A stretch of 63,968 nucleotides of DNA, filler included, from Octopus bimaculoides (taxonomy: Eukaryota), in NCBI RefSeq assembly GCF_001194135.2. It is 5 parts of 4 records of this genome, joined end to end, with 100 filler letters (N's around TTAATTAATTAA, not from the genome) between each part and the next. Parts side by side here need not be neighbours in the genome. Positions count along the whole stretch, not along the records: positions 35,210 to 60,535 come from NC_068984.1; positions 60,636 to 62,757 come from NW_026387223.1; 3 more parts are not named here. One strand, 5' to 3'. Below the pieces are notes generated by a model. It ran no database searches and had not been told where the DNA came from. It saw only the letters and a list, made by a program, of their open reading frames with translations. Below are positions 47,636 to 60,676 of the stretch, piece by piece. Within the stretch, counting starts at the first letter, position 1. Every line of letters starts with the position of its first letter. The translations under genes and the position numbers were made by a program.

Positions 47636-49266
47636 CCCTTTCGTTACCAAACCGCCCAAAGCCGCCCGAAAAAAAATTTGGTTCATGTGACCAAGCTGCC
47701 CAAAACCGCCCGTAATCACCTATTCATATTTAAATGAGAATATCCAAGCAAATCTCATTAGTACATTCGTGAAAATACGTGATTATTTGTGTAAACAGTT
47801 CAGCAATAGTTTTGTACGACGGTCAACGTGTTTTTTTAATTTTGTGAATTTTGGGAGATTTTTTTCCAAATTTGTTCCTGTTGTGTTTTCAAAATTTGTA
47901 ATCCTGACAAAAAAATGGATACGAATTTTATTCTGTCAAGCAGCGAGTCAGAATTCGAAGGATTTTCCGTTGAAGACCTTGATAAATCTAACTCTNNNNN
48001 NNNNNNNNNNNNNNNNNNNNNNNNNNNNNNNNNNNNNNNNNNNNNNNNNNNNNNNNNNNNNNNNNNNNNNNNNNNNNNNNNNNNNNNNNNNNNNNNNNNN
48101 NNNNNNNNNNNNNNNNNNNNNNNNNNNNNNNNNNNNNNNNNNNNNNNNNNNNNNNNNNNNNNNNNNNNNNNNNNNNNNNNNNNNNNNNNNNNNNNNNNNN
48201 NNNNNNNNNNNNNNNNNNNNNNNNNNNNNNNNNNNNNNNNNNNNNNNNNNNNNNNNNNNNNNNNNNNNNNNNNNNNNNNNNNNNNNNNNNNNNNNNNNNN
48301 NNNNNNNNNNNNNNNNNNNNNNNNNNNNNNNNNNNNNNNNNNNNNNNNNNNNNNNNNNNNNNNNNNNNNNNNNNNNNNNNNNNNNNNNNNNNNNNNNNNN
48401 NNNNNNNNNNNNNNNNNNNNNNNNNNNNNNNNNNNNNNNNNNNNNNNNNNNNNNNNNNNNNNNNNNNNNNNNNNNNNNNNNNNNNNNNNTGAGGTTTCCC
48501 ATAAACTTGAATGAAATTAAAGCATATTTTGCCATAAATATTATTATGGGCATTAGAAAGTTACCTAGAATAACAAATTACTGGAGTAGTGATGAACCCT
48601 TTGGCGACGAATATGTCTCAAGTATAATGACGAGGATACGGTTTTTAAAATTGACTCAATATCTACATGTAAGAGAACGAGCAGTACACCAGTACGTGGA
48701 AAACCAGACTTTGATCCCTTATTTAAAATAAGACCCCTCATTGACTGTGTTCAAAGCACATATAAAACAGTTTATAGATAAGGATATGGTAGGCTATAAA
48801 GGCCGAGAGCGTTTTCAACAGTATATGCCAGGAAAGTGCACAAAATGGGGGATCAAAGATTTGTGAATCAAATACTGGGTATTGCTCTGGATTTTAATTT
48901 TATACTGGCAAAAGAGACAGTAACAAATCCAGTAATGTGCACAACTCTTCTATAATAATATTTTGTTGTATACCCAATTGAATATTAGCTAATGACCCAT
49001 TTTCTATAGCGATGTTTGAACAAAAATTTTAATAATTTTATATTTTGTTGAATTTACCTGTAATTAAAGTCACTTTGTGACAAAAATTTTGGTATAGAAT
49101 TGGTTGAGAACCTTTCGTTAATTTATCCTCCAAAAATCACATTAATATGTTGATAAATAAAAAAGTTTGAGTTGTTTAATGAAACCAGCCTAAATTTATG
49201 ATTATGTTAGAAATTAATTGAAACACATAAGGGTGTAATTTGGTTAGAAATATGGTAATGAAAGGG
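47636..49266 (+). mobile_element. Complete non-autonomous piggyBac with TTAA TSDs
   Basis: TTAA-CCCTTTCGTTACCA ... TGGTAATGAAAGGG-TTAA. Internally deleted transposase, same derivative as 44454-45850. Confidence 0.95.
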
Positions 49267-49289
49267 TTAAGGTGATCTTTGGAAGAAAA

Positions 49290-50850
49290 TTTAACGAAAG
49301 GTTCTCAACCGATTCCATTCCATAATTTTGGTCTCTAATTACTGTTAAATTCAACAAAATATAGAATTAAGTTTTGTTCAAACATCACTATAGAAAGCAG
49401 GTTATTTACTAATATTCAATTAGGTATGCAACAAAATTTTACTATAGCGGAATTGTGCACATTACTGGAGTTATTGGCTGAATTTAAACGCAAAAGACAG
49501 GGTATAAATAGAACGAAATACTGGAAGTTGTCTGAAGAAACCTAGAAAATAAAATGCACACCATCAACTGGATGAAATAGACTCTCCCACAGAAACATAC
49601 AATAATGATTTACAAAAGAAATTAATCATAATTCGTGACTCACCTTACAAGCAAACTAAAATTAGAGATAAAGACAATAAAAATGAAGTAAATTTGAAAA
49701 TATTTATAAATTCAAATCTTACAATATTCCTGTCATGAAAACTTGTAAAGCACCCTGCTCTACATAATGCAACCTTGTAGGATGCACATTAGAAAGCTGT
49801 TTCACTTCCACTGGGGCCTTTTTTTTTTTTATGTTGGCATTTGTGACGATCGGCTGAATTCAGAGGCATATTCTTCTGGCAGGTTTTGATTTCCATCCCA
49901 ACTTTTTTTTCTTTCTTTCTTTGTGGAATGACCAGCTCTCAACTGTGTTGCTATATCTGCTCGGAACTGCATATTTGAGCGGATCCTGATTTGGTATATA
50001 GTATAAATGCATTAACAATACTCATATTTACTATACACCAAACCAGGTTATCACCGCCATTTCATTCCCCTGTCTGCCAACTGGATAGTAAGACATCAGC
50101 TGATCTACACTACCCAGGTACCTATTATAATCCAGGTTCACAAATGCCATTTTCATCCACATGTGGTTGTGCATGGGTAGATAGAAACTTGATCTGCTTC
50201 TTATCTCGATGTGGTCGCTGGCAGATTTCCTCTCTGCCGTTGAATTGTTTCACTTTTTTTTATATCCACACAGCATCTAAATTCTCTACAAGTTTGACCA
50301 AACTGGAAAACCAGTCGAAAAAATCATATATGACACTGGTTATGGTATAGAAATGATGAATTCCAGACCACATCATATCATAGGCTGTGCTGACTTACTC
50401 GGCCTTTATAGCCTACCATACCCTCTTCAATGGTTTGTAAAATGTTTCATGTGTTTTGTACACAGTCAATGAGGAGTTGTATTTTAAATAAAATACGGAT
50501 CAAAGTATTGGTTCTCCACTTACTGCTCATATCTCACACATGTAAATACTGTCCTCATTATAGTTGAGACATACTCCGTCTCCAAAGGATTCATTGCTAC
50601 TCCAGTAATTTATAATTCTGGGTAGCTTTCTAAAGCCCATATTAATATTCATGGCAAATTATGCTCCAATTTCATCTACGTTTGTGGGGAACCATAAGCT
50701 ATCCTTTTCTTCACAAGTTAATATATCATGTTGGAAACTATAACTCATTTGTTTATGAAGTGGAATCACGTGTTTTCATGGCTGTAATAACAAGATATGC
50801 GCTGATATTCTCATTTAAATATGAATGTGATTACGGGCGGTTTTGTAAAG
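49290..50850 (-). mobile_element. Older, more diverged piggyBac copy
   Basis: Collinear with 38300-39960 and with the left-end sequence (attctcatttaaatatgaat..gtgattacggg). Many indels. Confidence 0.8.
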
Positions 50851-52015
50851 AAATTGTTAATCTAAAAGTAAATTATTCATAAAAGTCTTGAAGCTATGAG
50901 ATAATACATAGTTAATTCAAAACTGAATAAATAAGCATTGCATCTAACAGAGTAATCTGAATGCTAAAGGGTTAAGGCAGTGATTCTCAGCTGGGATCCA
51001 TGAAAAAATTTTGCCATAGATGTATTTATTGCAAGAAACGACTGTTTCTTTAACGTTTTGCGTGGTTCAACTTGCACAATACTCCAGGAAAAACAGTAAA
51101 TTTTAGAAGAAGTATGTATAAAACTAGTTTTTAACCCATTAGTATTCAGGTTAGTTCGTGAGTGTAATGCTTATTTATTCACATTGTCTTGAATTAATCA
51201 TGCATTATCTTAGCTTTGAAATTTCAATGGTGTGATTGCTTATTTTTAGAATGACATTTTAGGGTAGGTGTGAGAGGCCATATGTGGCCAGTGTGAATAC
51301 TAATGAGTTAAATATCAAATTACTTTGAGTGTCGACTACACTATCCATGACCTGTTGGGTCACCTGGAAAGTCTGCATTTCCCAACAAAGTAGTTTCATG
51401 GGTTTTTCTTTTCACATGCTTTCAACATGACATTCAAATCATGCATAAATGGCTCCTTTCCCCGGGAAAGGAAAGATTTGGCTGCTATTTCTTGCATGCC
51501 CTGTTACCATGTAACAGGTATTTCGGGTCCTTTATCACAAATAGCTGTTACTTGGTAGCAGGGCATGCTAAATAACAGCCAAATCTTTGGAGCTGAATGC
51601 ACTTAGGAAAACATTTTTCTAATTGTATTCCCTTGGGACAATCTTTTGCTTTGACTCTCAGAACTTTCAGCTTGTTTTGTTCGTTAATTTCCGTAAAAAA
51701 AATTTTTGTAAGTGACGATGTAGAGAGTGCCATTTGCACACGTTCACTCTCTCTTGCACATGTACATACAAAGATCTATGCATATGTACATGTACATACA
51801 TCTTTCACTTTAAAATAAATAGGAAATTTATGAAAATTGACGAACTCCAGAGAGTCAAAGTGAAAGGTCCCCATTCGCTTGGGAAAAAAACCATTAAAAT
51901 ATTGTGTTTAAAGAAAGCTAAAATATAAATACTTACTATACAAACTTACATTTTTGAAATCACACTCAGTTACACAATATTTCTAAATGATTACAATGTT
52001 GTGTATGTCAAGTCG

Positions 52016-52057
<42 letters not shown>

Positions 52058-53090
52058 CTTAGTGCAAAGACTGGATATGTGTCGCAGATAGTGAACATGT
52101 GTTTGTGTTGATTGATATGCCATGATATTCACTGTGTGTGTTAACGTCATGGAAGCCATGTTTTTCACATCAAGAAATAAGACAAAAATTGTGTTTAATC
52201 GTTTTCATCAATAGAGGTCCAAATATCAAAAATTTGTACTGCATCGCTGAAGATGAATATGCAAAAACAAAACATTAAGATAAACTATACTATTTCTGAG
52301 ATATTTCGGTTACACACAAGCATCTCTAGAGTTTTAAGTAGTATTATAAGTAAAAAAAATAAATTTTTTTAATGGTTGTGAACCACTGCTTTAAAGGGCC
52401 AGCAAATTAAGTGTATAAGATGCAAATATTAGATATGTATGAGCTGCCTTGCTACAGTTTGAGATGTACATATATCGCAAGGTGAGAATAGTCAGAACTT
52501 GTACTAATCTGATGACTTCTGGTTTAGTAACAACTATATGTATTTAGCCATTCAATATGAAAAGGTTTAAGCCTTTTAGCATGCAGATTATTCTGTCAAA
52601 TGTAATGCTTATTTATTCATGTTTTGGATTAATATTAAGGCTTCAAGTTTTCTGTGCGATTGTTTATTTTTAGAATACCAATGTAGGATAAGTGTAAGAG
52701 ACCAGATCTGGCCAGTTTAAATACTAAGGGATTAGGCAGCATTATTGCTATTATAGAATTGTCAGAGATACAACTACGAGTTTCTATTCTGGAATAAATA
52801 TCTTGTTTGTGAAATGACTAGTTCTGCTTATCTTATAAAATATTTAATTTCCAGAATCAAATGGGAAATGTTCCCAGCCCAATTTCAGAGGCAACCTGTG
52901 TATGTAAGGAGTGGCACATTCATGTGAAAATTAGAATGACAGTTTTTGATGATGTGAAGTAATTTAAGAAGTTTGGGACCAAGAAAGTGATTTCTAGACA
53001 AGATGAAGTATGGATTTCCTCTCCTGTAAAGAGCTGTATTCTTAAGAGACAAAGTGAAAGACAATGATAGAAATGATGTCACTCCACACT

Positions 53091-53225
53091 TTACTGCTCT
53101 GAAAATTTCTCCTCAATGGCTTTCAGGTCGCTTTCCAACTTCGATACATTTTCACATATGTTCCTGGTGAAGCTAAGTTTTATTGCATGATCCAAGCTAA
53201 ATGTCGGGAAGGGTTTTCTTTCCCC
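53091..53225 (-). CDS. Candidate terminal coding exon of an unidentified gene
   Basis: ttcatcaaccttag acceptor, then open frame GERKPFPTFSLDHAIKLSFTRNICENVSKLESDLKAIEEKFSEQ*. Confidence 0.5.
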   Translation of the reverse strand, partial: GERKPFPTFSLDHAIKLSFTRNICENVSKLESDLKAIEEKFSEQ

Positions 53226-53762
53226 CTAAGGTTGATGAAAAGTTGGGTAACATATGCAGCCTTAATGATGAGGCTAAGTACTGCTTTTATTCTGGAATAA
53301 GCATCTCATTTGTGAAATGACAAGTTTTGTTTATCTTATAAAATATTTAATTTCCAGAATGAAATGGGAAATGTTGCCAGCCCAATTTCAGAGACAGCCT
53401 TGTGTTGGTGCATTATATAAAAACAGCTATTTGAGTTATTTTGAATTCTGTAAAGTTAAATTCATAGTTACTCCATGTCCTAAACAACCATATATATGCG
53501 GCAGTACCTTTTGTTTTGAACAACTCTGATCATGAATAAATTGTGCTTTGTATATATATAGATATATATAAAGCATGATTTATTCGTGATCAGAGGCGTT
53601 CATAAACCGAGGTACTATTGTATTAAATGAATATGAGAGAGACAGGAGATAAAGTAAGATTTATTCATGATCAAAGTTGTTCAAAAACTGATGTTCTACT
53701 ATATATATATATTTATTCGAGATTTTTTTTTTTTTTTTCACTCTCCACTTAAAATGGCAAAC

Positions 53763-53879
53763 CAATGACATTGAATCAGTATTGCGTCTATTCATCATTG
53801 CAATATTTGGAACTACATCAGTTGGAGGAAGTGCACTATTGTTGATCAGAAGTTTTTGAGTCAACAAGGAAGATTGTAG
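53763..53879 (-). CDS. Candidate internal exon (117 bp) of the same unidentified gene
   Basis: ttctag acceptor, open frame LQSSLLTQKLLINNSALPPTDVVPNIAMMNRRNTDSMSL, weak gtttg donor. Phase 0 matches the 53225 exon. An alternative acceptor at 53890 is possible. Confidence 0.4.
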
Positions 53880-54619
53880 CTAGAATATTCCTGAAATTAG
53901 ACCTCTTTTAGGGAAAATAAAGATATAAAGCTTAATATAATTGACTACCTAATTCTAAATATGTGGTTAGAATGCATGTCTGTAGGTCCAATTCATAGAT
54001 AGTTACCCTGAATCTTGAACAACTGGAAGCTATGGCAACAGTATAATATATTGATTAGCAAATAATTGCCATTGACATGAATGTATTTTGAATATCAAAA
54101 TTTCAGTTTATTGTAAAGATTCAAATACAAAGATCATTCCCAAGATGTATCTTCCTTTTCACCAGGGGTTATAGTTTTAATACCCAAACCTAATTTAGCA
54201 TGTCAATCTTCTGCAAATATTTGGAGAACTAATTTTTAATCTATAGATTTCTGTTATTTCATGAACATTTGACATTTATTAAATGTTTCAAGTAAAAGAT
54301 AGTCTTTGCATTCTACATAATTGGGAACTGCTGGCCTACACCATATAGTAAAAATATGAAAAGAGAGAGAAAATGCAGAAAAAGAATAATTAAGCATTGA
54401 GATTAGTCTGTCAAGTGTAATGCTTATTTTATTTACATTGTTTTGAATTTGTCATGCATCATCTCACGGCTTTGAGATTTTGATGCAACTTTTTTAGAAT
54501 AAGGATATGTGAATACTATAAAACAAGTAAAATATTGGGTTTGATGTGGCTAGCTTAAATGCTAAGGGTTAATAAAAATGTTTCTTGGATACTGTATTCA
54601 ACATTCATCTGGCTGACTC

Positions 54620-57400
54620 TTTTTGCCATAATTTTCCCTTATATTGTTTTCTTCCCCCAACACCACTTCGTGGGGTTCAGCCTCGCTAGATTGGTTTTTC
54701 ACCATTTCTCAACTCTTCTCCAACTAGGTTCCTTTTAACTGACTGAGTGCATGGTACTTTTGTAACCAACTCTCATATTACATACCCTAGGACCAGCATA
54801 CTCAGTTTACTCTTTTTCACTGTACATTTAATTCTTCTTGTGCCTAGTTTTACTCATTTCATTTGTGCTCCATATGTGTTATATCAATGGAGAAAGCTTT
54901 CTACACTTCTTTTCAATCTTCTCGTATTCAATGCTTGTTTCTCTACCTCACAATATTATTTTTCTTCTATAAGCTTCAAACATTCTACTCTTAACCCAGA
55001 GAATTAAAGCTTCCTGAGCTTTTTTCTACCCAGTTTTCATAAAACAAACGTCTCCACTTTGTACTGCAAGCAAAGTTGTTTATCAATCCATATCAAGCGT
55101 TCCCATTTCACTGACAGCAGTAAGATCTTTCTTCTTCTCCCCTAAGACTTTTGTCTAAGTTAACTGATTCTTTCTGTCAACTATCTCATTGGCATACCTA
55201 TTTTAGCACAGATTAGTTTAAATTATTGGTATGGGCTTGGTGAACTGTAAGTGGCTGAGTCCTGCTGTGCATGCTAAATTTCTTAGTGAACTTGTTTGAC
55301 AGCATTCCTGTACATAACTCATAAAAATCATCTCATTATCATTTTGAATCTGGGTTTTATCCCCATTAATGGGGGTGGCCGGATCTACCTCAATGCCATA
55401 GCAACTGCCCTTTTACCATCTTGCCCAGCTTTGGGCATCCTCCTTTCTCAAGCCAACCCTCCCAATCTCTTCCTCCACATTTTCCTCGGTCTACCTCGCT
55501 TTCGCTGTCCATTTATTTCAGACTCTAGCACCCACTTCAGAACATGCTCCTCATCCCTCCTCAATGGATGCCCATACCACTGCATTCCATTCCTATCAAG
55601 TCCTCAGTCCTTCTCAAAATTGCCATCTCTCTCAAACACCATGTCTCACTCCCATATAGCATTTCTCCCTCAATCCCTCCATTGTCTCACTCATCAGTAC
55701 CTCCATTAGCAGTTCCTCTCTTGCACTCTGTTACCACATCAACCACTATTGAAAACAACACAGATCCCTGATGCACACCAACTTTCACTGCAAACTTCTG
55801 ACAGCTCTGATCCAATTATCACTCGTCTTTACCAACTCATCTCTGCTCTCACTATTACCTGTAGTACACCTCTTTTCTTCAATGCCCACTCAATCACTTT
55901 CCTTGGAACCCTATCAAATGCCTTCTTGGATCAACGAAGCACATGTACAACTCCTCCCCCTTATCTCGGTATTCCTTCTGCAATCTCCTTACAATGAACA
56001 ATGCATTTATTGTCCCCCTTCCTGACATAAAATCAAATTGCATCTCATCCACCCCTTTCTGAATTCTCCTCTCCACCATCTTCATTGCATGCTCCAATAA
56101 CTTCACTCCTCTATACGCCCCACAACTCATTGCATCCCTCTTCCATCCAGCATGCCCTGGCAGTGCTCCATCCTCACAACAATCCCTATCTCTCCATTGC
56201 AGTTATTTCCACACTTACCAGCTGCCTTTCCTGTTTTCATTTCCTTCATTGCCTCCACTACTTCTTCCCAACTAACCCTCTCCACTGGCCCATTCACCAC
56301 AGCAACTTCTACCCTCTGATCCCATTCATAATTCCCTCCATATGCTCCTTCCAAACTCTTCCCCTGTCCTTCTCAATAAAATTCAACCTTCCGTCACTCT
56401 CCTTCATGCATCTTCCTCCTTCAACATCTCTTCCATCATTTTGAAAAATGAATTGATTTAATAAACCTAAACACTATCTGGGTTCTCATCCAGCCCGCTC
56501 AGCCTACTTCCTCTTAGATCTCACAACCACCCTCTGCACATTTCTTCATGTTATTATACCTGGTTTAAAAGACTTCCTCAAATCCGGTGCATCAATGCTT
56601 ACCAACTCCCCAACTCTTTCCCTTGTTTCTTCTTCCTTCAGTTTCCACACCTTTCTCCTCTCAACCGTTCCCTTTCTCACATGCTTTTTAACTTTCCCCT
56701 TATCCAAGTGAGCAACCACCAACCTGTACTGCAACTCACTTGGCACTGTCATCTACACCTTGTGAGATGCTTGTTAAAGGCCTTCTCCTGATCAACAAAT
56801 GTTAATTATAGTGTCTCATGCATCTTCTAACAATCTTCCTAATTAGTTGTACTATAATTCTGTTACTTTCATAACTTACTCCATCTGTTTGCTATCTCTA
56901 AAGTATACCCCTTAGAGCATCTACTTTGTTCTACTAGCAGTTAACGATCCACTCATGACTCCTCTGCTATCTGATCAACTATACAAATGATAGCCAAAGT
57001 ATCTTCAGCCTCTCAGCATTATCCTTGCTAGTCCATCTGCTTATCCTTTATATCTTTAAATGTTCTTTTAATTATATAGTTGTCGAGCACCTTGCTCTCT
57101 CTGAAATCAGTGTAGATCCTCTCCAACACACTCCTTAATCAGCAACCTTTTGAGGTAACATTTCCATACCTCTTCAACATCATGATTCATACTAACACTA
57201 CTCTGCACTCCCAAAATAGTGACCAACTTCTTACTTTCCACTTCTCTATTAAGCATATGTGAGTGGTAAGTTGTCGGACATTTCCTGAAATAAGATGTTG
57301 CAAATGGTTAGGTCATTTTATATCACATGGCCTAGCTTGCTCTCCTGTATCATAACTATAGTTATCATGATGTTCCTCAAAAAATTGCATTGAGCTCACC
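54620..57400 (-). mobile_element. Degenerate RTE-clade LINE
   Basis: RT motifs YRGVKLLEHAMKMVER, QFDFMSGRGTINALFIVRRLQ and LYMCFVD. Endonuclease/linker region has RKVWKLKEEE. Many stops. Confidence 0.85.
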
Positions 57401-57429
57401 ACCATAATAATGAGATCATAAAACATTGG

Positions 57430-57663
57430 ACTGACTCCTGTGCAGGTGGCACATAAAAAACACCACTTGAGAGTGGCCATTGCCAGAACTGCCAGACTGG
57501 CCCTTGTGCCGGTGGCACATAAAAAGTACCCACTACACTCTTGGAGTGGTTGGCATTAGGAAGGGCATCCAGTTGTAGAAACTCTGCCAGATCAGATTGG
57601 AGTCTGGTTCGCCAGTCCCCAGTCAAATCGTCCAACCCATGCTAGCATGGAAAGCGGACGTTA
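57430..57663 (+). mobile_element. (GAT)n-family SINE-like repeat copy
   Basis: Homologous to 2727-3071. Confidence 0.8.
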
Positions 57664-57783
57664 AGTCAGTCCTAAGGTACAGGGATTGCAGTTACTGATG
57701 AAATTTCATTATAGTCACTAATTGATTACCTCAGTATTTTTGTTCTAAGAATATAGTTCATCAACTCCAGGAATGTTACTCAC

Positions 57784-57850
57784 CAAGGACTCTTCTCTAG
57801 CATTTGTACAATCTCCCCAGATTTATCTTTCAACATTGATGATAGTAACC
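57784..57850 (-). CDS. Candidate exon (67 bp) of unidentified gene
   Basis: tttcag acceptor and canonical gtgagt donor. Only one open frame: (G)LLSSMLKDKSGEIVQMLEKSP. Confidence 0.55.
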
Positions 57851-58420
57851 CTGAAATTTTGTATCTGATGGGAAGGGTGGTGGTGTAATTATTAGGTGAT
57901 CAAGTTTTCACATGTTAACATCTAGAGCATCTCATTTGCACTTGTAGCAGTTGATGATACAAAATAAGTATTAGGCCCTGTATAAGAGTTTTTCATTGAT
58001 ATTTTTTTTCTATACTCCGCCTGTCAACTAAATGCATTATATACACATGGAAATGGTTAAGAAAGAAGGGTTGTCAAGAAATCAGAGTGTAACTTATCTG
58101 AATAGGCCAGGTCACTGGCTATGGCTGAGTTAGTAGACCCAGCAATAATTTACTTTTAATTATTTGATATCTACACTGACATTGTAAATGTGTACTTTGC
58201 TCCAAAATGAATTCTAGATTAGTCTTAGTCACCAAATTTTAGTTGAGTATTCTTTGCCTTGGTAATTAACATCTATAAGCTGATTTGCTGTGTGCCTGAA
58301 ACAGGTAGCCCCAAATCAGCTCTGATGGAGTAGATTTTTGATCAAAGGAGTTCAGGTGTAATTATTGCTAATATATTGTCGAAGCTTCAAACAAATAAGT
58401 GAGTAAATTAAATAGAAGAC

Positions 58421-58492
58421 CTCGCATTTGAGATGATGCTTGCATTAGAATACCAGATTCTACCTCTGTTGAAAAGTTCATGGCCAAAGCAT
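58421..58492 (-). CDS. Candidate exon (72 bp)
   Basis: ggacag acceptor, frame ALAMNFSTEVESGILMQASSQMR ending in phase 1, compatible with the 57850 exon. Donor (gtcttc) is weak. Confidence 0.35.
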
Positions 58493-59544
58493 CTGTCCAG
58501 CAATAATTAAAATTCGAGAATAAATGACATGAAGTAAGAAATCCCAATTTTATAACACAACCATACATTTACAGTAGAACAATAACAAACGACCAAAAAG
58601 CATCAAAAACCAATGTAAAGAAAGAAAATGCAGGAGCATATCGTAATAATTACATAAAAGCTTTACTGGTCACCAGTTTTGTCAGTACAATAAATTCTGA
58701 TTTACTTATACATTTTGTGCCAAATCAGTTGTGTTCATAGGTATGTCTGTATGTTTAATTTGTATGTAATGTGTATTTACATACATAAAATCTTACATCT
58801 ATCAAATACAGTAGTTTCAGTAAAAAGACTCAATCCCTATATTTCAAAGAATTAAAATAGCAATTAGCATATTCCCCTATGTCTAGTTAATAAATCAGAA
58901 TTAATGTGGCATAAGAGCTGCATACTCAGCAAGTATTCAATATATGGCAGTCAATTTGCAATATTTTACAATGTGCAAAAATAAAATTAAATCAAAAAAA
59001 AAAAAAAATTCAATATAATAATTTAAATTTTTCATACAAAGGATATCTAAACAAAATTATAATTCTAATAAAAAATACTAAAATACCAGTAATCTCACTC
59101 TTTCACAATTAACAATTAATTTCACATCTCTCCCCATTTTCAATGATACTTACATGTAAGTTTTCAAACTAATTTTGTCCACTTATAATTTTATAACTTC
59201 TGTAACCTTATGAATGTTTGAAAATTTTTTCCATAGCAAAGTTCCTCAAGTTTTCCTTAGCCTTTTTACACTTTGAAAACCAAAAGGATGGCTTGGACAG
59301 TTATTGGTACCGGTCCCACTTTGGTGTAAATCATGACTTATGCTGTTACTTTCACTCAAGCCACATGCACACACTTGTGTTAACTTGCACACCTTAGTGA
59401 GATCAGTTGCACAAACATAAAGAGTCATTCACTCAATGCCTGGATGAAAAAAAAAAATTAAACAAATATATGTTTATGTGAAAAATATCTCTGTGAGCAT
59501 CTCTTAATTTTCCTTTTTTTTTTTTTTTTATATTACATTCACCT

Positions 59545-59624
59545 TCAGAATCGCATTTTGTGTATCTTTAATATTCTTCCAAGTCGCTGTTTGGCAGTGG
59601 CAAATCCCTTCTTAGGTTTCTTGG
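59545..59624 (-). CDS. Candidate last coding exon of an unidentified basic-tailed protein
   Basis: Long pyrimidine tract plus attag acceptor. Encodes KKPKKGFATAKQRLGRILKIHKMRF*. gtgaat donor 2 nt after the stop. A further strong acceptor at 59439 starts a stop-rich (UTR-like) exon. Confidence 0.6.
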
Positions 59625-60026
59625 CTAATTGATGAAAGAGAAAAAGAGAAATATGTCAATGAATGAATTCAATAAATATTTAAGTAAATTTTCATTATAT
59701 TGAAGGTGAAATCCTTATTGTATTTTGATTCCTATAATTGTTCAGTCCTGGTTGAACAACTCTTATTTCAATCACAGGTTGGCCACCTCTAATGTGGCAT
59801 CTTAGGAATTAACCTAATTTGACAAATTATATCTGTGTGTTTGTGCCCCCTACCCCTTTCTTTCTCATGTTAAGTGTGCAGAAGTTGGTGTATTCATTGA
59901 ATATGAACAGAGAAAGAAATTACTTGTTAAATAGAGACATAAAGAGAAATAGCTACAAGATTACATAAACCTATGTAATGTAACAGAAAAGTAATAGTAT
60001 CATTTTATCAGTGTGGAGTTAATATT

Positions 60027-60061
<35 letters not shown>

Positions 60062-60186
60062 GTATATATATATGAATATATATTAATAATCTAGAGAAGA
60101 ACCACCAAAATGCAATTCAAACAATGAAGATCAGACACCATCTAGAAAAACGTACTCTACAAAATACTAATTTAAAAATCTATACA

Positions 60187-60332
60187 TATCATCATCGTTT
60201 AACGTCCGCTTTCCATGCTAGCATGGGTTGGACGATTTGACTGAGGACTGGTGAAACCAGATGGCAACACCAGGCTCCAATCTAAATTTGGCAGAGTTTC
60301 TACAGCTGGATGCCCTTCCTAATGCCAACCAC
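60187..60332 (-). mobile_element. 5'-truncated (GAT)n-family repeat, reverse orientation
   Basis: Reverse complement of 2920-3065. Confidence 0.8.
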
Positions 60333-60635
60333 ATATTTAAATAATTTGAGAAAACTAATTTCCAAATCAATCAGGTACAACCCTTCAGTATTACATGCAT
60401 CTGCATATCGTACCTTGGGGTCTTATTTATCATATATTTATCTAGAAATATACAAAGTATTTAATAAAAGTCAATAATAATTCAGTTTTTGGGGGGTTAA
60501 TAGATATGAGGGTATTCTATTTCAGATAATACAAANNNNNNNNNNNNNNNNNNNNNNNNNNNNNNNNNNNNNNNNNNNNTTAATTAATTAANNNNNNNNN
60601 NNNNNNNNNNNNNNNNNNNNNNNNNNNNNNNNNNN

Positions 60636-60676
<41 letters not shown>

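Noticed and set aside
59207-59439. Spliced-looking exon with several TGA codons, considered as a selenoprotein
   Set aside because: TAA stops also occur in the frames, it follows an exon already ending in a stop, and no SECIS was seen; best read as UTR.
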